Both the position numbers and the translations under genes were made by a program. This document shows positions 37,668 through 47,133 of a stretch of DNA of 64,000 nucleotides, piece after piece. Within the stretch, counting starts at the first letter, position 1; every line of letters begins with the position of its first letter. Source of the DNA: Bacteroidales bacterium (lineage in GTDB: Bacteria; Bacteroidota; Bacteroidia; Bacteroidales; UBA3663); assembly GCA_017449065.1 (NCBI GenBank), contig JAFSKF010000037.1, positions 11,596 to 75,595 of the forward strand. The letters are read 5' to 3'. The notes below the pieces were generated by a model that saw nothing but the letters and a program-made list of their open reading frames with translations, was not told the DNA's origin and searched no databases.

Positions 37668-39335
37668 ATGAAATACAACAAACTATTAATCGTTTCATCT
37701 CTGTTGGCAGTCGGATTGGCTTCGTCCTGTTCCGACGATTGGGATGACCATTACAAGTCGGCTTCTTTTGCTAATGGTGAAGGAAGTTTGTGGGAGGCTC
37801 TTTCTGCAAATCCGGAATTGAGTAACTTCCAAGCCGTGATTGCTGCCACCGGTTATCAGGCTCAGCTTGAAAGTTCGCAGATCTATACCGTATTCGCTCC
37901 GACAAACAATCGTTTTACAGAAACTCAGCGGGATAGTGTAATAGCCCTTTATCAGGCTCAGAAACAACTCGTGAAGGACAAGTATAACGATGCCATCGTA
38001 GAGTTCGTGAAGAACCATATTATGCTTTATAATTATTCGGTGACGACTGGAACCAACGACAGCATTGAAATGCTGAATGGCAAACATGTGCCCGTTACTG
38101 CGACCAAGTTCGCAGGACACAGTTTCGTCGGTCAACAGACGCATACAAATAATGGCACCCTGTATGTGTTGGATGATATGGTTGCTTATGAGCCGAATGT
38201 TTACGAGTATTTGAGTCGTGATGCTGACTTCGACAGTGTTTCCCACTATATCGAGGAATTCTCTATCGATCGCTTTGTAGCTTCGAAGAGTGTTCCGGGT
38301 GAAATTGTGGATGGTGTACAGAAATATTTGGATTCAGTAACCGTCTTCGAAAACGAGGTGCTCGACAAGTGGCTGAACGCAGAGTTGAACAATGAGGATT
38401 CCCTGTATTGGATGGTTCCGCCTACGAATGAGATCTGGGCTGCTCAAGTTCCCGTACTCGAAACCTATTACAAGTACGATGAATTGGTGAACGGTCGTGA
38501 CTCTATGATGTACAACTTCCCACGTATGTCTTTGTTATGGGGTACTGCTTTCAGCGAAATGGTGAATGCCGATTATACGATTGCCGATTCCATCTTATCG
38601 ACCAATGGCGTGCCTTATAAGATGCGTCGTTATTATTGGGGATCTTACGATCTTTCGTACTATGAATATTACCGTCCGTATGACGAAGGCGGAGTCTTCT
38701 ATGGAACTTCCGAGATTGCATGTAGTAATGGACGTATTCTGAAACCTTCTACCTGGAATTTCGACCCCTATCAGACATACATACGCAAGAGTGTTTCGGA
38801 ATGCGAGAGTTTGTCATCGCTTGATTCTGTGAAGTCCGTTTCGACACAACCTTTGTCGAGGGTTGTGGTTTCGGCTGACAACCCGTATTATAAGTACATC
38901 TCGGGCCATGCTTTTGCTGTGATATCTCCGAAGGGTTCTAATGCCGAAGTCGTTTTCCAGATGTATAATATTTTGTCGAATGTGCCGTACGACATTGATG
39001 TGATTGTGGTTCCAGCTTCTGCCGGTGATACGATGGCGATCGATTTGCCGACTAAGTTCAGAGCAGAGTTGCATTATCATAATGCGACAGGTAAAGACCA
39101 GCTTGAGCGTACTATGGTGCGCCCGACTACCACTTGGACTACCACAGGCACACAGATTGATACTATCCGTATTGGAGAAAAGGTGAAAATTCCTACTTGT
39201 TCCTACAGTTTGAGTGAAGCTCAAGTAAAACTGAAATTAACAGTGACTCCGACGGCTGCAGAGGAAAATAACGGTAAGTTTACCCGTACTTTGCGCGTGG
39301 ATAAAATTGTATTCACACCTCATCAGGGAGAATAA
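37668..39335 (+). CDS. Fasciclin-domain lipoprotein
   Basis: Lipobox ASSC; YTVFAPTN, FVKNHI, NGTLYVLD. Confidence 0.82.
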   Translation: MKYNKLLIVSSLLAVGLASSCSDDWDDHYKSASFANGEGSLWEALSANPELSNFQAVIAATGYQAQLESSQIYTVFAPTNNRFTETQRDSVIALYQAQKQLVKDKYNDAIVEFVKNHIMLYNYSVTTGTNDSIEMLNGKHVPVTATKFAGHSFVGQQTHTNNGTLYVLDDMVAYEPNVYEYLSRDADFDSVSHYIEEFSIDRFVASKSVPGEIVDGVQKYLDSVTVFENEVLDKWLNAELNNEDSLYWMVPPTNEIWAAQVPVLETYYKYDELVNGRDSMMYNFPRMSLLWGTAFSEMVNADYTIADSILSTNGVPYKMRRYYWGSYDLSYYEYYRPYDEGGVFYGTSEIACSNGRILKPSTWNFDPYQTYIRKSVSECESLSSLDSVKSVSTQPLSRVVVSADNPYYKYISGHAFAVISPKGSNAEVVFQMYNILSNVPYDIDVIVVPASAGDTMAIDLPTKFRAELHYHNATGKDQLERTMVRPTTTWTTTGTQIDTIRIGEKVKIPTCSYSLSEAQVKLKLTVTPTAAEENNGKFTRTLRVDKIVFTPHQGE

Positions 39336-39365
39336 ATTAAGATTCTATCAATAATCGGACTAAAT

Positions 39366-42300
39366 ATGAAAAAATCTATAATTTTCGGATTGGCCGTTTT
39401 GATGGGCCTACCGTCATTAGCAACCGCTCAGGATTTCAAGGCTTCTGAGCAGGAACCTTCTGCTAAGAAAACGGTTGTGACCAAGAAATTTGAGACTCGC
39501 CTGGTAACTGGTCAGGTGCTGGATGCAGTAACCGGCCAGCCATTGGAAGGTGCCCTTGTCTATGCAGCAGGCGTTGACGGCTATAGTGAACTGACCGATG
39601 AAAACGGTCGATATGAACTTCAAGTGCCGCTGTTCTGCTCTTCTTTACAGGTGAAGAACCCGGATTACAATATGTATATCTTGGGCTTGGTTAAAGACAA
39701 AGAGCAAAAGACGGTTCGTCTTTATTCTTCATCTTTCAAGGCAGATTATACGCAAGAACCCAATTTGTTGAACTCGCGTTCTCTGGAAACCCTGGATTAT
39801 ACCAGTTCCGTGAATGCCAAGGATGAGATCGGTAATCAGTTGGGAGCTTACGTTTATACTACCAGTAGAAGCGCAGCTCCCGGTATCGGAAGCGAGTTGT
39901 TTGTTCAAGGTCTGAATTCACTGAGTGCCAACGCTCAGCCTTTGGTAGTAGTGGACGGCGTGATTTTGGAGCAGCAATATGATCGTGAGGTGTTGCATTC
40001 CGGATTCTTCAACGATGTATTAACCAATATCAATCCTGAAGATATCGAAGATGTGACCGTTTTGCGTAACGGAACAGCTTTGTATGGTACACGCGGATCC
40101 AATGGCGTGATTCTGATTTCGACCAAACGCAGCCGTTCGATGACGACCAAGATTACTGCCAGCGTTTCCGGAGGCGTTACAACCGAGCCGAAATTTCTTT
40201 CGATGATGGATGCGGAAGAATACCGTGGCTATGCTTCCGGATTGCTGGGAACCACGAATACGACAGTGACAGACTTCAAGTTCCTGAATGCCGATCCTAC
40301 CTATTATTATTACAAGCAGTATCATAATAATACCGATTGGAAGGACAAGATTTATCAGACAGCCTTCCAGCAGAACTATGGTATCAAGGTGGAAGGTGGT
40401 GACGATATCGCACAGTATAACCTTTCTGTCGGATTCACTCGCAACGAGAGTGCTTTGAAGTATAATGATATGAATCGACTGTCGGTTCGTTTCAATACGG
40501 ATATCAAACTTTTGGAGAAACTGAAAGTGCGTTTCGATGTTTCATTCAGTAACATCAATCGCGACTTGCGTGACGACGGTGCTCCAACTACATACGAGGA
40601 GGGTACTCCGACCGCGCCATCTTTCCTGGCATACGCCAAGGCTCCTTTCCTGAGCCCGTACGCCTACGGCAACGGTGTGTTCAGTACATCGTTCTATGAC
40701 ATTTCGGATGAGGAATATCTGAATGAAGCGCTGTCCGGTTACCGGCAGTACAATTACAAGTTGGGCAATCCTGTTGCTTTCAATAAGTACGGTGAAGCGG
40801 AGAACAAGAACCATTTCGAGAATTCATTGTTCAATATTGCAGTTACTCCTCAGTACGCTTTTCTGCCGAATCTGGTATTGAGTGAACAGTTCAGTTATAC
40901 GTTGGTCAACACCAACAACAAGTATTATGTGCCTATCAACGGTGTGCCTGATTATTGGGTAACAGGTGTGAGCGGTTGGCGTACCAATGAAGTTCGCTCG
41001 CTGGCCTCGAAGCAGAACTCGGTACAGAGCGATACCCGGTTGACCTGGAACCAGCGTTTCGGTGCTCACAAGGTAGATCTTTTGGGTGGCATTCGAATCA
41101 ACTGGGAGAACTACACCCGAAATTCGCAGTGGGGTTATGATACCGGTAGCGATAAGACCCCGTTCATTTCTTCTGGCCTTAAGAATGCCTCATCCAGTGG
41201 CGATAACGATACCTGGCGAAACATGGATGTTTATTTGCAGGGTAATTACAATTATGCAGGACGTTATTATCTGCAAGCCAACCTGACCGGTTCCGGCAGT
41301 AGCCGTTTCGGTAAGAAAGCAGACGGTGGCATCAAGTTCGGCGGTGTAAAGTGGGGCATTTTCCCCTCTGTTCAGGCTACATGGGTACTTTCCAATGAGG
41401 CTTGGCTGGCAGGTGTGTCTGAACTCTCGTGGTTAGACAAACTGAGCCTGACCGCAGGTTATGATGTGAGCGGTAATGATGGTATTGGCTACAATGCAAG
41501 CCGTACCTATTTTGCCGGCAGTTTGTTCCTGAATCGCGCGGCTGGCCTGACTTTGGAAGGTATTGCCAACGAAGAAGTGAAATGGGAAACGACCAGCCGC
41601 TTCAATGTCGGCATGGATGCCGGTTTGTTCAATAACCGGGTGAAAGTGGGAGCCAGTGTATTCTTTAGCAAGACCCAAGACTTGTTGACTCTTCAGACGC
41701 TACCTTACTATAGCGGATTGGAGACCTATTGGACCAACGACGGCGAATTGGAGAACCGAGGTTTCGACGTTTCAGCTTCGGTTAAGTTGCTTTCCACCCG
41801 TAACTGGTCGTGGGAGATGGGTGCGACTGTCGGTCATTATGAGAACAAGATTAACAAGCTTGCTTCCGGTGTAGATAGTTATACCACAGAGTTGTACAGC
41901 GGAACCGTTTTGACCAAAGTGGGCAAAGCCGCCAACTTGTTCTATGGCTACAAGACCGACGGCGTTTTTGCCAGCACGGCAGAAGCCAATGCCGATGCCT
42001 TGTTCATCAAAGACAATACCGGCGCTAACCTGTATTTCGGAGCTGGTGACATGAGATTCGTCGATCAGGATGGAAATCATGAAATCAACGAAGATGATCG
42101 TGTCGTAATCGGTAATCCGAATCCGGATATTTACGGTAACATCTTCACCACGGCAAGCTACAAGCATTTCCATTTGAATGTGAACTTCAAGTATTCGTTG
42201 GGCAATGACGTCTATAACTATATGCGTTCGCAGTTGGAAGGCGGCAGCCGCTTCATGAATCAGACGAAGGCACTGACCAACCGCTGGCAGTATGAGGGTC

Positions 42301-42611
42301 AGGAGACATCGGTGCCTAAGGCTACGTTCCAGGATCCGATGGGTAACAGCCGTTTCTCCGATCGTTGGATTGAAGACGGTTCTTATCTGAAACTCAAGTC
42401 GGTTACATTGAGTTACGATCTGCCTTTGAATCTGACCTTCCTTCAGGGCTTGCAATTCTGGGTTCAGGCAAACAATCTTTTCACTGCAACCAAATATCTG
42501 GGCAGCGATCCTGAGGTTTCTTGCACCAATGCAGTAATCGGTCAAGGCATTGATGCCGGCTATTTAGGCGGCAGCCGTAGTTTCATGGCCGGTGTTAAGA
42601 TCAACCTCTAA
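39366..42611 (+). CDS. SusC/RagA-family TonB-dependent transporter (second)
   Basis: QPLVVVDG, NPEDIEDVTVLRNGTALYGTRGSNGVILI, IGNPNPD, EDGSYLKLK. Confidence 0.95.
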   Translation: MKKSIIFGLAVLMGLPSLATAQDFKASEQEPSAKKTVVTKKFETRLVTGQVLDAVTGQPLEGALVYAAGVDGYSELTDENGRYELQVPLFCSSLQVKNPDYNMYILGLVKDKEQKTVRLYSSSFKADYTQEPNLLNSRSLETLDYTSSVNAKDEIGNQLGAYVYTTSRSAAPGIGSELFVQGLNSLSANAQPLVVVDGVILEQQYDREVLHSGFFNDVLTNINPEDIEDVTVLRNGTALYGTRGSNGVILISTKRSRSMTTKITASVSGGVTTEPKFLSMMDAEEYRGYASGLLGTTNTTVTDFKFLNADPTYYYYKQYHNNTDWKDKIYQTAFQQNYGIKVEGGDDIAQYNLSVGFTRNESALKYNDMNRLSVRFNTDIKLLEKLKVRFDVSFSNINRDLRDDGAPTTYEEGTPTAPSFLAYAKAPFLSPYAYGNGVFSTSFYDISDEEYLNEALSGYRQYNYKLGNPVAFNKYGEAENKNHFENSLFNIAVTPQYAFLPNLVLSEQFSYTLVNTNNKYYVPINGVPDYWVTGVSGWRTNEVRSLASKQNSVQSDTRLTWNQRFGAHKVDLLGGIRINWENYTRNSQWGYDTGSDKTPFISSGLKNASSSGDNDTWRNMDVYLQGNYNYAGRYYLQANLTGSGSSRFGKKADGGIKFGGVKWGIFPSVQATWVLSNEAWLAGVSELSWLDKLSLTAGYDVSGNDGIGYNASRTYFAGSLFLNRAAGLTLEGIANEEVKWETTSRFNVGMDAGLFNNRVKVGASVFFSKTQDLLTLQTLPYYSGLETYWTNDGELENRGFDVSASVKLLSTRNWSWEMGATVGHYENKINKLASGVDSYTTELYSGTVLTKVGKAANLFYGYKTDGVFASTAEANADALFIKDNTGANLYFGAGDMRFVDQDGNHEINEDDRVVIGNPNPDIYGNIFTTASYKHFHLNVNFKYSLGNDVYNYMRSQLEGGSRFMNQTKALTNRWQYEGQETSVPKATFQDPMGNSRFSDRWIEDGSYLKLKSVTLSYDLPLNLTFLQGLQFWVQANNLFTATKYLGSDPEVSCTNAVIGQGIDAGYLGGSRSFMAGVKINL

Positions 42612-42637
42612 TTTTCAACCTGCTAATAGTTTTGAAT

Positions 42638-44386
42638 ATGAAAAAATATATTTTTGGTTTGTCTTTGCTTGCAATGATGTCGTCGGTATTCTCCGGTTGC
42701 TCTGACTTCTTCGAGACAGAGTCCAATCGCGTCATTTACGACGATGAGAACCATCTGGTGGATGCAAACGACACCATCTATTCGGTGACCGGCATTTTGT
42801 CGAAGTTGCAGAAAATCGGCGATCGTACGGTTCTGCTGGGTGAAGCCCGAGGAGATCTGGTTTCTGTAACTGATTACACTTCTGCGGACTTGCGTGAGGT
42901 TGCCAATTTCGAGATCAGCGATGACAACGAGTATAATAAACCATCCGATTACTATGCCGTCATCAACAACTGCAATTATTTTATTGCTAAGGCAGATACT
43001 TCTTTCAAGAACAATCGTAACGACTATATTTTTAGGAAGGAGTATGCTGCGGTTAAGGCCATTCGTGCCTGGACTTATTTGCAGTTGGTTTTGGCTTACG
43101 GACGCGTTCCATTGATTACCGAACCGATTCTGACCTTAGATGACGCTTCGAAGAATTATCCGATGAAAGATATCAATGGTATTTGCGACTATTTCATCAA
43201 TGAGGACAATTTGTTAGCATGGATCGATGAAGAGTATCCGGATTACAACGCGCTGAAGGGGCTGTCTTCTAAGTTGTTCTTCGTGCCGGTTTCTCTGGTT
43301 TTAGCAGATTTGCATCTCTGGCATCAGGATTATGAGGAGGCCGCATACTTCTACTATTATTATATTGCCAATCGCAATGGCGTAAATAATTATCCGGTTA
43401 CCACAAGTTGCGTAGAGTGGATGGATGATGATTTCGATTCACGTGTTGATTCGTGGACAGGAACATTCTCGGATGTTACATCAACGAATTCGGAGATTAT
43501 TTCCGTATTGCCAAGTGATTCGGTTCGTTCAGAAGGTACCTATTTCACTTTGCGTGATATCTTCAACACTTCTTCATCGAATGATTTCAAAGCAAGCCTT
43601 GTTCCATCGCAGGGCATGATTGATCTGTCAGCCTCTCAAGACTATCTGTTGTATCAGAAAGTGGGTAACAGCGTGCAACTTACATACGCTCCCGACAATC
43701 TTTCCGATTATCGAGTAGGAGACCTGCGATTGTCAAGAGCTTGGGTTACTCAAGAGAATCTGATTAGCGATGACGGTGACCGCTATACCTACCAATACAT
43801 GAACAAGTATGCAATTTCTGCCATTCGTACCTATCGCCGCACCTTGGTATATATGCGTTTAGCAGAAGCATTGAATGCTGCCGGTTATCCTAAGTTCGCC
43901 TACCACTTCCTTTCCACCGGTGTCAATAACAAGATTCTGCAAGATAGCATCATTCCTTGCTATCGTGCCGACTCTGCATTCCTGTCGATATTCAGTTTCC
44001 CGACCACTACTTATGTCCTGCAGGATCTGTTTAATGGCGTATCCGGCAATACGATGGGCCTGCATAACCGTGGTTGTGGCTATACACCGTCCAATCAGTA
44101 TTATACCATGCCGATGGATACCACAATTACCGACTCTTTGGCTCTGATTCGCTGGCAGCAGGAGAAAGTGGAGGATATGCTGGTTGATGAAGAGGCCCTG
44201 GAATTTGCATTCGAAGGATATCGGTATTATGACTTGATGCGTGTGGCACTCCGAAGGAACGATCCGACGTATCTGGCTAAGAAAATCAATGCCCGTAACG
44301 GCGCAGATGAACCTTCCGGTATAACCACCGACTTGAACAATGTTTCTAACTGGTACCTGCATTGGAAGGGTCAGATAGGCTACTAA
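42638..44386 (+). CDS. SusD/RagB-family lipoprotein (second)
   Basis: Lipobox FSGC, YAVINNCN, YMRLAEALN, DEEALEFAFEGYRYYDLMR. Confidence 0.92.
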   Translation: MKKYIFGLSLLAMMSSVFSGCSDFFETESNRVIYDDENHLVDANDTIYSVTGILSKLQKIGDRTVLLGEARGDLVSVTDYTSADLREVANFEISDDNEYNKPSDYYAVINNCNYFIAKADTSFKNNRNDYIFRKEYAAVKAIRAWTYLQLVLAYGRVPLITEPILTLDDASKNYPMKDINGICDYFINEDNLLAWIDEEYPDYNALKGLSSKLFFVPVSLVLADLHLWHQDYEEAAYFYYYYIANRNGVNNYPVTTSCVEWMDDDFDSRVDSWTGTFSDVTSTNSEIISVLPSDSVRSEGTYFTLRDIFNTSSSNDFKASLVPSQGMIDLSASQDYLLYQKVGNSVQLTYAPDNLSDYRVGDLRLSRAWVTQENLISDDGDRYTYQYMNKYAISAIRTYRRTLVYMRLAEALNAAGYPKFAYHFLSTGVNNKILQDSIIPCYRADSAFLSIFSFPTTTYVLQDLFNGVSGNTMGLHNRGCGYTPSNQYYTMPMDTTITDSLALIRWQQEKVEDMLVDEEALEFAFEGYRYYDLMRVALRRNDPTYLAKKINARNGADEPSGITTDLNNVSNWYLHWKGQIGY

Positions 44387-44401
44387 CATATGAAATAATC
44401 A

Positions 44402-47122
44402 ATGACGATTCAAAACAGATTCTTTATCATAGCTCTCTTCTCGCTACCCTTATCATGGGTAGCAGGAGGGGGGCTTTTTGCGCAAGAACGTCCTGCTCAT
44501 ACTTCCATGTACCTGCAGGCGCCGGTTTATAGTGCCACCCCTTTGGTATTCAGCAGCAGTACAGACATCAGTCAGACTTCATTGATACCTGCGGAACCTG
44601 TTAAATGGGGCATGGATGTGGCTTGGAACAGCGCAGACAATGTCGTGCGTGGCACCAACTTCATCGGTACGGATGTGATGCAAATCGGACGTATTTCATT
44701 CCAACCTTCCGATTTGGTCGATGCTAACGGTAACTTGTCGAGTGCTCAGCAGACAGCCCTGAGAAGCCGTCTCACGAACATTACCAAAAGCGGAGCCCGT
44801 GTCTTTATCATGAATTGTGACCATGAGGCATTAAATTCGGCGAACTACTATGGAAAACCCGAAGAGTGGTATAAGGTAATCAAGGCGAGTGTGCAATATG
44901 TGCAGAAACAAGGCTATACGGTATGCACCGTTTCGCCGTTTAATGAGCCGGATTATACTTCTTGGGGAGAAGGTACCAAAGAACACTTCAAAGAGATTTG
45001 CCGACTGATTCGAGAAGACAGTTTCTTCGATAATATTCGGATTAGTGCCGGCAATACCCTGAACTGTGATCAGGCGTTGTCATGGTATAACTACATGAAA
45101 CCCTATGTGAGCGAAGGAAACACACACCAGCTGGCCGGCTCCTTTGCCACGTATGCCGATTTCTGGAAGACGGTTCGCAAGGATGGAAATGTTGCGACTG
45201 CCGATGAGTTGCATAATACGATGGAAGCCCTCGTGGGCATTCATTATGGTATGCAGAACGGTATTTGGTGGGGATATGATGCCGCTTGCCGCGGAGAATT
45301 CTGCAAGGCTTCCTATTATGGTAAGGAAATCGGCTATGCCGAGAATCGTACAGCCTGGAGTGGCGCTGCCGTATATAAACGTCCTTCGGGTCGCATTGAT
45401 GCCTTTATGGGAGTTTCCGAACGGCAGGCATCTACGAATACTTTCGAGTTTTGGGGCACCGACCGGGAATTGTACTACGATTCCTACGGACCGGTTCAGA
45501 ACTATGCCCAGGAGTTGCCGGGCGGCTCGGGCTATGCTACCGACGACCAGCGCAATGCTGAACGGATGATTCAGATTCATTATGGCGAAGATGTGCCGGT
45601 CGAGTATCTGGCTCCCGGAACGTATGTTTTGCAGAACAAACGCAACAATAGCGTCCTTAGTTATGATGACGGTGCTACCGGTTCTGCCGTTCAATTAGCA
45701 ATGGAGACTTACACTGGCACGAAATCGAATACTTATCAGCAGTGGATTGTTGAGCCCGTGAGTGACCGCATCGGTGGCGATTTCGGGTATTTTGTGCTTC
45801 GCAGTGCCCGGAATGAAAAACAGGTCATCGACTTGAAGGACTGGAGTACTTCGGCAGGAGGAACGCTGATCGGTTTTGCCGGCGATCTTGGTAACAATGA
45901 ACAATGGTTTGTGGAGTATGCGGGAGAAGGCTACTGGTATCTGCGCAGTCGTCATTCTGGCTTATATGTTGAAACAGCGGGAGTCAGCACCACAGCGCGC
46001 GTCCAGCAGAATGTGTTTACAGACAATGACCGTCAGAAATGGCGTTTCATGCCCGTCGATGCCGCTATCGACAAGACGGCTCCTGCCGCTCCATCCGGTT
46101 TATCTGCTCAACCACAGGGAGCATCCGTCCGTCTGACCTGGAACGAAAACAGCGAATCGGATGTGACGGGTTATGAGGTGTTGCGTGGTGTCGCCGACGA
46201 GACAGCGGCTGCTATTCAATGGGATGTGATCGGACGAATGATCAATGCCAATGTTTTTGTCGATAACGGCATCCGTAATCACAATGCTTCCTATTTCTAC
46301 AAAGTGAAGGCCGTTGATAAGAGTCGTAATCGTTCTATTGCTTCCGATTCCGTTCAAGTCACTTTGTCGCAGAACAGGAATTTGGTGGCATGCTATTCGT
46401 TCGACAATACCTTCGAAGATGCTTCCGAGAATCTTTTCGATGCTGCTTCTTCCGGAGTCACTTTCAATACTGTGGCTGTATTGAAAAAAGAAGGCACCCA
46501 TAGCCTTGTGTTCGACGGCACCGATGATTACCTCTTGCTTCCAGCTTCTGTGGGAAGCCTGAAGCAAATGACTCTGGCCGTTTGGGCGAACCATAGCAAC
46601 CGAACCACAGCATGGACACGTCTTTTCGATTTCGGAAACGATACGAACCAATACTTTTTCGTGACACTGAATAGCGGCAGCGATGCACGGCTGGTGCTGA
46701 AAAACGGCGGTAACGAACAGATTCTTTCTGTGGCAACACCGACTGCCGGATGGCATCACATCGCCGTAACCTTGGGTGAACAGGAAGTTGCTTTCTATGT
46801 GGATGGCAAGCTGGTCGGCAGTTCTACAGACATTACGTTGCGTCCGTCGGATATCAAACCGGTCCGGAATTATATCGGACGCAGTCAATATGCAGCCGAT
46901 CCGTTGTTCAAGGGTTATGTAGATGATCTTCGGATCTATGATTTCGCATTGACTGCCGAAGAAGTTGCTGCGCTTTATGCCGGACAGGAAGTATCGGCGA
47001 TCGGAAAAGTGACAAATTCCATTTCTTCAGAAAATACCTATTATGATCTGACAGGCCGTCGCCTCAACCATCCGGCAAAAGGTCTGACGATTTGTAATGG
47101 AAAACTGAAACTCATTCAATAA
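44402..47122 (+). CDS. Secreted putative glycoside hydrolase (unclassified TIM barrel) + ricin-B + FN3 + LamG + T9SS-like tail
   Basis: SPFNEPDY and ADELHN motifs; QxW ricin repeats; APAAPSGL FN3; WHHIAVT..FYVDG..DDLRIYD LamG. Confidence 0.7.
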   Translation: MTIQNRFFIIALFSLPLSWVAGGGLFAQERPAHTSMYLQAPVYSATPLVFSSSTDISQTSLIPAEPVKWGMDVAWNSADNVVRGTNFIGTDVMQIGRISFQPSDLVDANGNLSSAQQTALRSRLTNITKSGARVFIMNCDHEALNSANYYGKPEEWYKVIKASVQYVQKQGYTVCTVSPFNEPDYTSWGEGTKEHFKEICRLIREDSFFDNIRISAGNTLNCDQALSWYNYMKPYVSEGNTHQLAGSFATYADFWKTVRKDGNVATADELHNTMEALVGIHYGMQNGIWWGYDAACRGEFCKASYYGKEIGYAENRTAWSGAAVYKRPSGRIDAFMGVSERQASTNTFEFWGTDRELYYDSYGPVQNYAQELPGGSGYATDDQRNAERMIQIHYGEDVPVEYLAPGTYVLQNKRNNSVLSYDDGATGSAVQLAMETYTGTKSNTYQQWIVEPVSDRIGGDFGYFVLRSARNEKQVIDLKDWSTSAGGTLIGFAGDLGNNEQWFVEYAGEGYWYLRSRHSGLYVETAGVSTTARVQQNVFTDNDRQKWRFMPVDAAIDKTAPAAPSGLSAQPQGASVRLTWNENSESDVTGYEVLRGVADETAAAIQWDVIGRMINANVFVDNGIRNHNASYFYKVKAVDKSRNRSIASDSVQVTLSQNRNLVACYSFDNTFEDASENLFDAASSGVTFNTVAVLKKEGTHSLVFDGTDDYLLLPASVGSLKQMTLAVWANHSNRTTAWTRLFDFGNDTNQYFFVTLNSGSDARLVLKNGGNEQILSVATPTAGWHHIAVTLGEQEVAFYVDGKLVGSSTDITLRPSDIKPVRNYIGRSQYAADPLFKGYVDDLRIYDFALTAEEVAALYAGQEVSAIGKVTNSISSENTYYDLTGRRLNHPAKGLTICNGKLKLIQ

Positions 47123-47133
47123 AACTAATTACT

